Of a stretch of DNA of 64,000 nucleotides, positions 13,110-24,971 are shown piece by piece. Both the position numbers and the translations under genes were made by a program. The stretch lies in assembly GCA_024137785.1 (NCBI GenBank), contig JAHRHZ010000059.1:2396952-2460951 (forward strand), given 5' to 3'. The notes under the pieces were generated by a model. It made no database searches and was not told the origin of the DNA. It was given only the letters and a program-made list of their open reading frames with translations. The first letter of the stretch is position 1; each line of letters starts with the position of its first letter. This DNA is from Ginglymostoma cirratum (taxonomy: Eukaryota).

Positions 13110-13305
13110 GGTGTTGGTTATCTCATTTGGTTGGATGATTAATATGTGGTGCAGAAAAAGTACCTAGGAATACAGGTTGGATCTTTGTATCAACTATATT
13201 TCACAGAGGCCTACCCACTTACCTTACCATATGCTTCCTCAAGCTAAACATAACCTGTTGCCTCTCCTTAATAGGAAGAAATGCTGTGATCCTTGTGGAC
13301 TATGA
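13110..13305 (+). mobile_element. Old tRNA-derived SINE, related to 44030-44227 and 49838-50030
   Basis: Degenerate head ggttatctcatttggttggatg and end ...ggactatg. Confidence 0.4.
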
Positions 13306-13524
13306 TTCCATTCCATACCATTTTCTCCCTAATCTGTAATTCATTTTCCTTCATTCTTATACATCATGAACATTAATTGAAACACTTGGCACGACTCTTC
13401 CATTCGCTAGGTGATATATTGTTAACTGTAACACACTGTTCTTATGGGAATTGACATTTTAATTTTTTTATTTGCATATCACATTTATTCATTTGATGAC
13501 TGACATGATATGTATCATCAAGTC

Positions 13525-14927
13525 ATAACTTTTTCTACAGGACAGAAAGAGGCCCTTTATTCCATTATATCCCTGTTGATCATCAAGCAATCCTATTTCC
13601 CAACTCTTGACCCATAGTCTTGTACGCTATGGTCAAACGTTCATCTAAATTGTTTTAAAATGTCTTGAGAGTTCCTGCCTCTACCACTCTTTTAGGCAGT
13701 GAGTTCCAAATACCTACAATTCTCTGGGTGAAAAGGTTTCACCTCAAATTCCCTCTAAACTTCCTGTTTTTTACCTTAAAACTGTGCCCCCTCTTTATTG
13801 ATCCATCTACTAAGGGGAACAAAATTCTTCCTATCTACTCTGTCTATTCCCCTCAGAACTTTGTACATTTCAATCAGTTCCCCATTCAGCCTTCTCTGCT
13901 TCAAGAAAAACAACCCCAGCCTATCTAGTCTCCTTTCATAGCTAAATCATTCCATCCCAGGCAACATCTTGGTGAATCTCGTCTGCATACTCTCTAATGC
14001 AATCATATCTTTCTGTCGTGTGGTGGCCAGAACTGCGCACACTATTCTAGCTGTGGCCTATCTAAGGATACATACAGCCCATCACAACCTTCTTGTTATT
14101 GTATTCAGTGACTTGACTAATAAAAGTTTTTCATATGCCTTCTTAATCACCTTATCTACCTGACCTGCTTCAAGAATCTGTAAATATGCATCACAAGGTT
14201 CCTCTGACCGTCTGAGCTTCCCAGGGTCCTACCATACATTATGTATTCCCATGTCTTCTTAGTCATCCAAAAATCCATCACCATACACTTTTCAGTTTGC
14301 TGTTGTTCAGCCCATCTGACTAGCCCTTCTATATCATCTTCTAGTCTAAGGCTTCTCCATTTACCATACCATCAATTTTCATGCCATCTGAGAACTTATT
14401 GATTATGCATATCTGAACCCTTAACATACACAACAAACAGCAAGGGCCCCAGCATCAAATCCTGTGATACAGCACTGGAAATAGGCTTCAGGTCACAAAA
14501 GCAACCTTTGACGATTCCCCTCTTCTCCTTACCACTAAGCCAATTTTAGGGTCCTATCTGCCAAAAAGCCTGATTCCATGGGCTCCTAGCATTTTAACCA
14601 TTGTATGACATAGGATCTGATCAAAAGCCTTGCAGAAGCCAATATAGACTGCATCAACTATACTATCCACAACTACGTACCTAGTCCTCCAAAAATTGAA
14701 TCAAATTTATAAGACATGATCTCCACATTACAAAACCATACTGGCTACTCTTGATCAGTCTTTGCCTCTCCAAGTGGAGATTCATTCTGCCACTCAAATC
14801 TTTTTTAACAATATTTTCCCTTCCACTGATATTAGATGCAGTGGCATGTAGTTTCCTGGTTTATTCCTTCTACCTTCTTGAATAATGATAGCACATTATC
14901 TGTCCTGTACTCCTCTGGCACCCCTGC
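13525..14927 (-). mobile_element. CR1 LINE RT to 3' tail (inverted right piece of the same element)
   Basis: Minus strand continues the element from the duplicated segment through LE.CAQFWP to the tail at ~13530. Confidence 0.8.
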
Positions 14928-15117
14928 AGTGGGCATTGCTGCATTTTGTGGCCTAAATTGGAATTTTATAGAAGTAGAATCTTCACTTCCATCAATTATA
15001 ATTATTTTTCATGTTGGTTTTATAAACCTGACTTTGAAAATGGATTCAATTATTGACCACTTGTAACAAAACATGTAGTCACTTTACCTTTCTATGCTTT
15101 CTCCATTGTAGGTTGGA

Positions 15118-15384
15118 ATGAGGTCCCGGAGCAGTGGAGAATCTCCGTCTCATGGACGCGCATCCAGGGATAACAACCATGAAGGTGAGGAAAGCACTTC
15201 TATGGGCAGTAAAAAGAAGAAGAAAACCCATCGTCAAAATGATGGAGAAAAGGTAATGGGTGTATCAGGTCCTGTAAAGAAACAACAGAAACCATTTGAA
15301 GAAAATGAGCGACAAAAGAAGTTACTGGAGCTCTCCAAAGATGACCTCCTGCGTCTGCTCAGCATAATGGAAGGAGAAATTGAG
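15118..15384 (+). CDS. FILIP1: Filamin A-interacting protein 1, first coding exon (partial CDS, 89 codons)
   Basis: MRSRSSGES...KKKKK...LELSKDDLLRLLSIMEGEIE matches the vertebrate FILIP1 N-terminus (MRSR..GES, poly-K, ELSKEDL..LLSIMEGELQ); polypyrimidine tract and AG at 15110-15111, exon starts 15112; phase-0 donor GAG|GTGAGT at 15385. Paralog FILIP1L is less likely. Confidence 0.88.
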
Positions 15385-16337
15385 GTGAGTTTCATGTAGC
15401 AATGTATTAACATAAACAAGTTTACTTTGTAGGCCACAAACTGCTGTCCAATTGAGAGCCAGAAGACTGGAGCAGATAGTGACATCCCGTTGAGTTGCTA
15501 ATCTTAACATTGCTCATACTTTAAATTCGGAGAGAACATTGCCAGCTGAACATGACCACACACTTTCTAACAGAAACCCACAAGTTCCCTTGGATAGGAT
15601 GAGTGTTATGGGTTGGATGTCTAGAAGAGCAGAGGAAGGAAACGATTTAGGAAGAAAGTAAAGGACAGACTTGGCTTTAGAAACAAATTACAATCAACTC
15701 AAAGTCCCATTAAAATTATGAGACATGTAATACTGTACTTAAAGTAAGCCTTGGCCAGAAGAACAGATGACACTCAGCAGTCCCTGACAGATTCATAGTT
15801 ACGAAAGTGGTTTTATTGCAATACAATATGAAAGAGATTGATTGCAAAAGCACTCAGAAAGTGTTGGCAGATTCTTAATGAAAGTATTAAAGACAACAAA
15901 TTTCCATCATCTGCAGGATCTAAGATCCAAGGAAACCAATCAACAGTCCAAGAATTTTTTGTCAGTACTAAGCCTTATACGATGATAAAGAAGAAATATG
16001 CACTTATGCAGCAACTTACACATCCTCAGGCCATGCAATATGCTTGACAGTTATTTTTGAGGTGTGGTCTTTGTTTTCAGTTGACAAGCGTGACAGTTTG
16101 TACACAGTCAGGTTCCATTACCATGACAGTGATGAATTACTACTGCACTTATTTGGATGTGATTGGTTAAGTGATATTCATAGTCTGGAAAAGGCTCTGC
16201 TCATCTTCAAATGCCATGATGAGGTCTTTTATATTTGTCTGAATTGGCTGGTGGCAACTTGGTTTCACAGCTCAAAAAACAGTGCAGCACACCCAGCAGT
16301 ATACGAATAATAATCAAAAATCATGTGCTCGTGTACT

Positions 16338-16468
16338 GAGATAGTTGGAACTGCTGATGCTGGAGAATCTGAGATAACAAGGTGTAGAGCTGGATGAACA
16401 CAGCAGGCCAAGCAGCATCAGAGGAGCAGGAAAGCTGACGTTTCGGGTCTAGACCATTCTTTAGAAAA
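16338..16468 (-). mobile_element. Single-arm PLE-terminus mini-element, family A
   Basis: Reverse complement of the family A terminus with tail; hammerhead box mutated; no clear TSD. Confidence 0.8.
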
Positions 16469-17749
16469 TGCAGTTTTCGTTCACAAACCCTGAAGTAGTT
16501 TGTGAATCCGTATTGCTTCCAGACTGGAACTTTATTACTCAATTTTTCATTGAATTCCATTGAATCTATATTGTGACGTGTCCATCAGTTTTATACATGA
16601 CAATATTAGCCTTGCATTGACTGGTATAAAGCCTTGTTAACAGTACAGTGACTCTGTATATTTCAGTAGTAACTAGCACATACACATTACTCTGTTCTAC
16701 TCTCATAATGATCTTTTGAATGGAAATACTTCATGAAAATGAGTTCAAACTTTTGAATACTTTTGGATTGTTTTCTCAGCAGAAAGAACAGAACAGGGTT
16801 GCACATGAAGCCCAGTGGCAAGCGGTAGTCCATTAGGTATGAGCAGTTACGCATTACAAAAAATAGTGCAGACAGGATGCAGGGGACATTTAGTTGTGTG
16901 GGGTGGAGGCACTACCATTTTCTCATCTCTGCTTAAATCCATTGTGGCTGTCAAGTGGGCAATTAATGCCCAGCCTAGCATCTGATTTCCAAGCCAGCAG
17001 CTGGGGAAACTATCAGGCAATGAGTTCAAAAGCAAATCCCTTCAGGTTTATTAGATCAATTTTGGGTCAGGATATGACTATTTGAGGGATGCAGAATCTG
17101 GAAAAGGGAGGGGCATTGAGCATTATCCCTCTCCTTTTCTCCCTTTCAAATGAGCACCCCCTCTTCAGCCAGCAACCTTCATCCTATTCTCACTCAGTTA
17201 TGGCCTGGCTCCTTTGTCAAACCAGTCCTTTGGTTAGTGTAAACAGCTGCCATTCTTGGTGGTGTAGAAAGCAATGGAAAACTACCACTGGGGTAGAATT
17301 TCTTCCGCTCGAGTTCTAAACCTCAGCAAAGCCCCAATGCTGACCAGTTAAGCACCAGCTGGACTTTTAATTCCAACGGGTTTTCCCAACAGAGGCACCA
17401 TGGGGGAGGCTCCTATAGTTCTCTGGTTGGTGGGCAAGACTCCTCATTGTAATCATTAACCAATCCATGATAAATTTGACTGTGGTTACTTGTACCCACT
17501 TCGCACTACGGTATTCAGCTCCTTCCCTGCATCCTTTTTTAAATTTGCTCATAGGATTTTGGACATCATTGGCTGAGCCAGTGTATCCCCAATTGCCCAG
17601 ATAGAGCAACTGAGATTCAACCACATTGCTATGGCACCAAAATCTCATGGCACTGATCATACACACCCCACATCCACCAACATTGGCACCTGACATGTGC
17701 TAACCTCTAAGAACCCTCATGGCACATCTCCAATCTACTTAAAGGCAAT

Positions 17750-20560
17750 AAAAACTGAAAGAACTGCAGATGCTGTAAATCAGTATCAAAAACAGAAATT
17801 GCTGGAAAATCTCAGCAGGTCTGGCAGTATCTGTGGAGAAAAATCAGATTTAATGTTTTGGCTTCAGTGACCTTTGTTCAGAACTGATGGTTGCTAGGAA
17901 AAAATTGTCTTTGTCTTTTTCTATGGAAGATAGTGTGGGGGTTGGTGATAAGGAGTAAACTATAGGCGAAGATAGAGCACAAAGAGAGAGAACAGTTGGA
18001 TAGGCATAGGAGTCGATAATGATCAGCCGAGAGAATGAATAGCTACTAATGGGAACTATTAGTGGTTAACAATGATATCAGAGATAACCTCAACACAAGC
18101 CCTCCTCCTGGACACCACCCCAAGGCCTCCTACCTTCCCTCGATCTCTTCATCTCCAACTGCTGTCGAGACATCAATTGCCTCAACCTCTCTACCCCTCT
18201 CAAACACTCCAACCTCTCCACCGCAGAACGTGCAGCCCTCCGCTCCAATCCCAACCTCACCAGAAAACCCGCGGACAAGGGAGGGGCAGTCGTAGTATGG
18301 CGCACTGACTTCTAAATCGCTGAGGCCAGGCGCCAACTCTCTGACACCTCCTCCTACCGCCCCCTGGATCATGACCCCACCCCCGAGCACCAAACCATCA
18401 TCTCCCAAACCATCCACAACCTTATCACCTCAGGTGACCTCCCACCCACCGCCTCCAACCTCATCGTTCCCCAACCCCGCACTGCCCGCTTCTATCTCCT
18501 TCCCAAAATCCACAAACCTGAATGCCCTGGTGGACTCATTGTCTCCGCCTGCTCCTGCCCCACCGAACTCATCTCCACCTACCTAGACTCCATTTTCACC
18601 TCCTTGGTCCAGGAACTCCCTACCTACGTCCGTGACACCACCCACGCCCTCCACCTCCTCCAGAACTTCCAATTCCCCGGTCTCCAACACCTCATTTTTA
18701 CTACGGACGTCCAGTCCCTATACACCTGTATTCCCCATGCAGATGGCCTAAAGGCCCTCCGCTTCTTCCTGTCCCGCAGAACTGACCAATCCCCCACCAC
18801 CGACACCCTCATCCGTTTAGCCAAACTCATCCTCACCCTCAACAACTTCTCTTTCAATTCCTCCCACTTCCTACAGACAAAGGGGGTGGCCATGGGTACC
18901 CGCATGGGCCCAAGCTATGCCTGCCTCTTTGTAGGTTAAGTGGAACAATCCCTCTTCCATACCTACACTGGCCCTAAACCACACCTCTTCCTCTGTTACA
19001 TTGATGACTGTCTCGGCGCCGTCTCGTGCTCCCACGTGGAGCTCGAACAGTTCATCCACTTCACCAACACCTTCCACCCCAACATGAAGTTCACCTGGAC
19101 CATCTCCAACACTTCTCTCTTCTTCCTGGACCTCTCTGTCTCCATCTCGGGCAACCGCCTAGAAACCGATGTCCATTTCAAGCCCACTGACTCCCACAGC
19201 TACCTGGAATACACCTCCTCCCACCCACCTTTCTGCAAAAATGCCATCCCCAATTCCCAATTCCTTCGCCTCTGCCGCATCTTCTCCCAGGATGAGACAT
19301 TCTACTCCCGTACATCTCAGATGTCCTCATTCTTCAAGGACCGCAACATCCCCCCCACAGTGGTCGAGAACGCCTTCGACCGTGTCTCCCGCATTTCCCG
19401 TAACTCATCCCTCACACCCCGTCCCCGCAATAATAACCAAAAAAGAATCCCCCTCATCCTCACGTACCACCCCACCAACCTCCGGATCCAACGCATCATT
19501 CTCCAACACTTCTGCCATCTGCAATCTGACCCCACCACCAAAGGCATTTTTCCCTCCCCACCCTTATCTGCTTTCCAGAGGGACCACTCCCTCCGCGACT
19601 CCCTTGTCCGCTCCACACTCCCCTCCAGCCCCACCACACCCTCCACTTTTCCCTGCAACCGCAGGAAGTGCTATACCTGCCCCCATACCTCCTCCCTCAC
19701 CCCAATCCCAGGCCCCAAGAAGACTTTCCACATCAGGCAGATGTTCACCTGCACATCTGCCAATGTGGTATACTGCATCCGCTGTACCCGTTGTGGCTTC
19801 CTCTACATCGGGGAAACCAAGCGGAGGCTTGGGGACCGCTTTGCAGAACACCTGCGCTCAGTTCGCAACAAACAACTGCACCTCCCAGTCGCGAACCATT
19901 TCAACTCCCCCTCCCATTCCTCAGATGACATGTCCATCCTTGGCCTCCTGCAATGCCACTGTGATGCCACCCGAAGGCTGCAGGAACAGCAAATCATATT
20001 CAGCCTGGGAACCCTGCAGCCCAATGGTATCAATGTGGATTTCACAAGCTTCAAAATCACCCCTCCCCTAACCGCATCCCAAAACCAGCCCAGCTCGTCC
20101 CCGCCTCCCTAACCTGTCCTTCCTCTCACCTATCCCCTCCTCCCACCTCAAGCCCCACCCCCATCTCCTATCTACTATCCTCATCCCGCCCCCTTACCTG
20201 TCCATCCTCCCTGGACTGACCTATCTCCTCCCCACCCCCCCACTTACACTCACCTTTTCTGGCTCCATCCCCGCCTCTTTGACTTGTCTGCCTCCTCTCC
20301 ACCTATCCTCTCCTCTATCCATCCTCTATCCGCCTCCCCCTCTCTCCCTATTTATTTCAGAACCCTCTTCCCCTCCCCCATTTCTGATGAAGGGTCTAGG
20401 CCCAAAACGTCAAGCTTTCCTGCTCCTATGATGCTGCTTGGCCTGCTGTGTTCATCCAGCCCCACACCTTGTTATAGTGGTTAACAATGAGTTGTGTGTA
20501 ATAGCAGACCATGTAATAACAAGACCTGGTGTTTGGGGGCACAGTAAGTGAAGGGCAGAC
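17750..20560 (-). mobile_element. Older PLE family B terminus and 3' UTR (17750-18075 plus 20475-20560), split by the family A insertion
   Basis: gaaagaactgcagatgctgtaaatcag...gctggaaaatctcagcaggtctggcag matches family B arms; purine-rich UTR; target duplicated on both sides of the insert. Confidence 0.65.
18076..20474 (+). mobile_element. Neptune-type Penelope-like retrotransposon, 5'-truncated, RT plus GIY-YIG, two premature stops
   Basis: One frame: KPADKGGAVVVW, FYLLPKIHK, TDVQSLYT, KGVAMGTRMGPSYA, YIDD, Cys linker CNRRKCYTC, GIY-YIG VYCIRC..LYIGET; TAA at 18313-18315 and 18937-18939; ORF ends 20112; perfect 16-bp TSD 18060-18075 / 20475-20490. Confidence 0.93.
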
Positions 20561-20661
20561 TCCAAAGTCAGACCAGGGACATGGAAATAGTTAGTTGGCC
20601 AACTTGGGGCATTCAGAGTCAGGATATTCTCTAGGAGCCAAATTTCAGACAGCCTATTGCC

Positions 20662-20795
20662 TGAGAGATAATAGGTAGTGCAGATGCTGTAGAATCCGAG
20701 ATAACAAGGTGTGGAGCTGGATGAACACAGCAAGCCAAGCAGCATCATGGGAGCAGGAAAGCTTGACGTTTCGGGCCTCGACCCTTCATCAGAAA
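20662..20795 (-). mobile_element. Single-arm family A mini-element with intact hammerhead-like core (20765-20792)
   Basis: Minus strand CTGATGA-A-GGGTCGAGGCCC-GAAA-CGTC followed by family A terminus and tail. Confidence 0.8.
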
Positions 20796-22312
20796 TCTTG
20801 CTGTATTCACTCTTTCTGCCCTGTGGTGGGGGGTGGGGGTGGGGGGAATGCTGATTTTCCTCTTGAGCCGAGAGAGGTAAATTATTAGGTGAAATAGAAG
20901 TTAGTGGTGCCACAGTTATTTTTGTTGCAGGTGGGGAGGTGTCCAAGGCAAGTAAGTAGGTAGTCCAGTGATGTCATGGGTTCGGGTGGGTGACTATGAG
21001 TGAGAGAATATCTTGCAGGTAACAGTGAGAGTGGTAGGAGCTGTGTACAATAGCAGAGATAACTTGAGTATGAGGGATCAGAGGGATGATGGTGGCACTC
21101 TGCTTGGGCAGAGTGGAAAAGGTTATTGATTTTTTTTTCTTACATTACTTTTGCATTCTTCCAGATGGCTGGGACTGCACCTACCCGAGTGGCAACCTTA
21201 GGGCAGATTGGCATGGTCTGGCATTATGACCTCCATTGCTAGTCCTGGAGGATGACAATGTCCTGTGTCTATACTGCCCTGCGCAGCAGGACTGCTGGGT
21301 CCCTGGCTACACAGTGGGTTGCCATTTTCCCCTACCTACCATGTCTAGGGCGAATATCAGGAACTATAATGGGCATCTCTGGATTGACAGTTCTTTTCCA
21401 GGTGCAAAATATGCCATTAAAGGTGGCATAGGTGCAAAGAATCCTGGTGAATTGTGGAATATGCAATTAGGGGTCGGTTGTTTTGGGAGCAGTACATGGT
21501 GAGATGCAGCTAGAATTGGATGTGGGGACAACACGGGGTATGGTATAGGTAGTTAATGAGGCAAGATTTGTTAGATATGACAGGAAATTCACAAGGCCTC
21601 GTGGTGGAAAATAAACTCCAACAAAATTGACGCAACTCAGATTTAGCCAAAAAAAAGTCAGATTCAGTCCATTGATTGTCATATTCTGCCTGTTTGGTGC
21701 ACCTGAAGATATAATTTCTGTCAACAAGCCACAGTATACAGGCAGAACATTCGGGGATATGTGAACTAAATGAGCTGCGACCCATAGGATGCTCTCCACA
21801 TTACCGTAGATCAAACAGTTGGCCAAATGAATAGCTTAGACCATTAAATCACTTATCCTAAATTATAAGATTGAATCAAAATAAGATTTTCATGTTGCCA
21901 TGTTACACCTCAGAGCTACATATTTGGATGCAGGGCTATCATCAAGCAGAGGTAATGTTCAGAAGCCGATTGAGACCAATATTTCCAGGCCGCCATCAAT
22001 CCAAATTTTGAGATGCACGATGTAGTTCCTAAAATAAAAACCAGGAAGGATAAAGGTAGTATGTGATCAGCAGGCAGATGTGAAACTATCTCAACTACAC
22101 ATGGGGCACAAGGTTATCAGCAGAGGTTTTCAAAGTATGCAATGAGTCTTTATGAAGTCAGGGCACCAAATGGCGCAAAAATGAGGAGGAACAGAAACCA
22201 TTTCAGGGATCTGATTTATTTATTTATTATCACATGTATCTTATCACAAAATACAGTGAAAAGTGTTGTATAGTATCACCACTCTCTAGTTCAATCTTAA
22301 AACACAGGAACT

Positions 22313-22634
22313 GGGGCGGAACAGTGGCTCAATGGTTAGCACTGCTGCCTCACAGCGTCAGGGACCTGTGTTCAATTCCAGCCTCGGGCGACTGTCTGTG
22401 TGGAGTTTGCACATTCTCCCCGTGTCTGCGTGGGTTTCCTCTGGGTGCTCCTGTTTCCTCCCACAGTCCAAAGATGTGCAGGCTAGGTGGATTGGCCATG
22501 CTAAATTGCACGTAGTGTCCAGGGAGGTGTAAATTAGGTGGGTTATGGGGAATGGGTCTGGATGAGACACTCTGAGGGTTGGTGCAGACTGGTTTGGCCA
22601 AAGGACCTGTTTCCACACTGTAGGGGTGCTATGA
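22313..22634 (+). mobile_element. HE1-type V-SINE, full length
   Basis: A box (tggctcaatggttagc), B box (gttcaattcc), V domain, CR1-type tail. Confidence 0.9.
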
Positions 22635-23089
22635 TAACTATGAAAATAAACAAAGACATAGAGTATAAAGGCAGAAAAATGAAGAAAGTGTCCAACTTTA
22701 CAGTACTTCTTGTTAGGTGCTATGCCATGGACAATGGATCTGGTGGACAGGCATGAGTCCCCTTCGCCGTGCTGCTGCCACTGGAACAAAAGTCACCACT
22801 CTTTAGTGTCAGTTCACATCCACCGATGTAACCAGTGTCATCTCGGTTACACCATTGATTACAAAACCAGAATAAAAATTGCAGAACTAAAGGAAACAAA
22901 GCCAAAAAGAATGAGAAACACCCAGATATTAAAGTCTTATTTCCGTGCAGGCACCCAGGCCAAGCCACGGCCTGGAGTCTCAGGAGGAGCTGGGTGCTTG
23001 CTGCAGCTGATGCTGCCACTGTAACTGGATCCTGGAACATGCTCGGGTAGGGCCTGATCACAGCCTCCGGTCTTCAGGTCCTGTAACAT

Positions 23090-23445
23090 TCTTTTTTTTT
23101 CTTTATTCATTCACGGGATGAAGGCATCACCGACTAGGCCAGCTTTTATTGCCCATCCCTAATTGCCCAAAGGGTAGTTATGAGTCAACCACATTGCTGT
23201 GGGTCTGGAGTCACATGTAGGCAAAACCAGGTAAGGATGGCAGTTTCCTTCCCTAAAGGACATTAGTGAACCAGATGGTTTTTTCCAACAATTGTCAGTG
23301 GATTCGCAGTCATCATTAGACTCTTAATTCCAGATATTTATTGAATTCAAATTCCACCATCTGCCATGGTGGGATTCGAATCAGAATACCACCTAGGTCT
23401 CTGGATTAACAGTTCAGTGATAATACCACTAGGCTATTGCCTCCC
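23090..23445 (-). mobile_element. tRNA-derived SINE sharing its 3' tail with the second LINE family
   Basis: Minus head gggaggcaatagcctagtggta...ttcgaatccc; tail ggcaattagggatgggcaataaa; related copies 37375-37603 and 57275-57490. Confidence 0.75.
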
Positions 23446-24198
23446 CAAACATGCTTGGGCAGGGCCTGTCACCAATGTCTTGCGGAAGCAAAAGAATTTA
23501 AACAAAAGGGAAAGAAAAAAAATTGCAAAAGGAGAAAGAAAAAGGGTAAAGGAGAAAGGAAAGCAGACAGAAGCGAAGCTAAGGGATTTGAACGTAGTGC
23601 TGCTACTCTACCGCTATTTTGTTGCCATTTGGAAGTGTACAATATGCTGTTGTGCACAGGCAATGCAAAACAGCACAACCAGATGACAGTGTGATGGAAC
23701 TCATGGAAAACAATCAACACACTGGCGACACATCTGCAAGCCAAGAATAGCCATGGCAGAATCCACACTTCCATAACAAGATCTGGTAGAGCTGGCAACT
23801 GCTGAAATGATGTATAGAATCTTAGATGTCTGCACTCAGATTTAGCAAAGCCTACCTCTGCATAATTCTTTTTTAATTGCCCAATGTTTATTTGTTTTCA
23901 CTTGTACCATATAAGTGCTATCTTTGAGAATATAGGGGTGAATGTTGCACATTTGGAGTGATGTTCCTTTAAGAATGTAACATGCAGTTGAGCCAAATAC
24001 CTCAGTCTCTTCACTGTAGCATTCAAGCCACAGGCTGTCTGGAGATTACTTTGCATAGCTTGTATATTTTCACTTTATGTAAACCCACAAGATATGTTCA
24101 TGAGAAGCCATGATAACACAAGAATATTATTACATTCGTGGTTTGCTAGGAACTCCTGTTAACTGACTGGAAGCAAATTGCGATCATTGTGTATAATG

Positions 24199-24202
<4 letters not shown>

Positions 24203-24265
<63 letters not shown>
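24203..24265 (+). repeat. (TG)31 microsatellite
   Basis: Perfect TG dinucleotide run. Confidence 0.98.
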
Positions 24266-24266
<1 letters not shown>

Positions 24267-24971
24267 ATATTGTATATGTACACCCTTCTGTGTGTTTGTA
24301 TTTGTAAGTAGTGCCATTAATACGCATTCTTACAGAAAAAGGGGCAATGTGTAATTCTACTGTATAGGTGTTTTTGGAGACAAGATATCTCTGTGGCAGC
24401 TTATAAGATTATAATTAACATTTTACTCCTACAGGAGGTAAATAAGGTGTTGGTTGTCCAGCTGATTTGACTTCTGTGAAGGGTCTGGAAGAGCTACTGC
24501 TAAGTCCAGCTGTCTTTGTTGGGCTGTTTAAAATGTATTTAATGACAGTTTTAAAACAAATAAATTGAAGAGGGGCTTATAAATTGGTTCTTAATCTATA
24601 TGTGACATTTTGCAGGAGCCTTATTTACAGTGCTTTAAAATGTCTGCTCCATGCTTCTATCGGTCTACCTCAGGTCAGTCTCAATTTCTAATTAATGCAC
24701 CCAGCCTTAACTGATCACACACAGGAAATTGGCATTAAGGAAAAATGCTGAGAAACAGAACAAACAGACAAATGACCTCCTGCGTCATAAAGACTTTATG
24801 ATTCACAGATAGCAGATACCAGGCAGACACAAACACTACACTTTCCTAACAGCACTGATGGTGTACCTACAGCACATGAACTTCATTGGTTTAAGAAGAC
24901 AGCTCTCCATTACCTCCTTAAGGGTGATAAGGGATGGACAACAAATACTGGCCTTGTAAGCAATGTCGACT

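Noticed and set aside
14952-14961. CArG box CCTAAATTGG upstream of the FILIP1 exon
   Set aside because: Several such 10-mers are expected by chance in 64 kb of AT-rich DNA; no conservation data
18313-18939. In-frame stops as selenocysteine or programmed readthrough
   Set aside because: Both are TAA, not TGA, at likely Tyr positions; simple nonsense mutations
19169-20071. 300-aa Pro/Ser-rich overlapping ORF
   Set aside because: Alternative frame of the C-rich PLE ORF; few stops are expected from composition
23488-23585. Lys/Glu-rich ORFs
   Set aside because: Low-complexity purine tract
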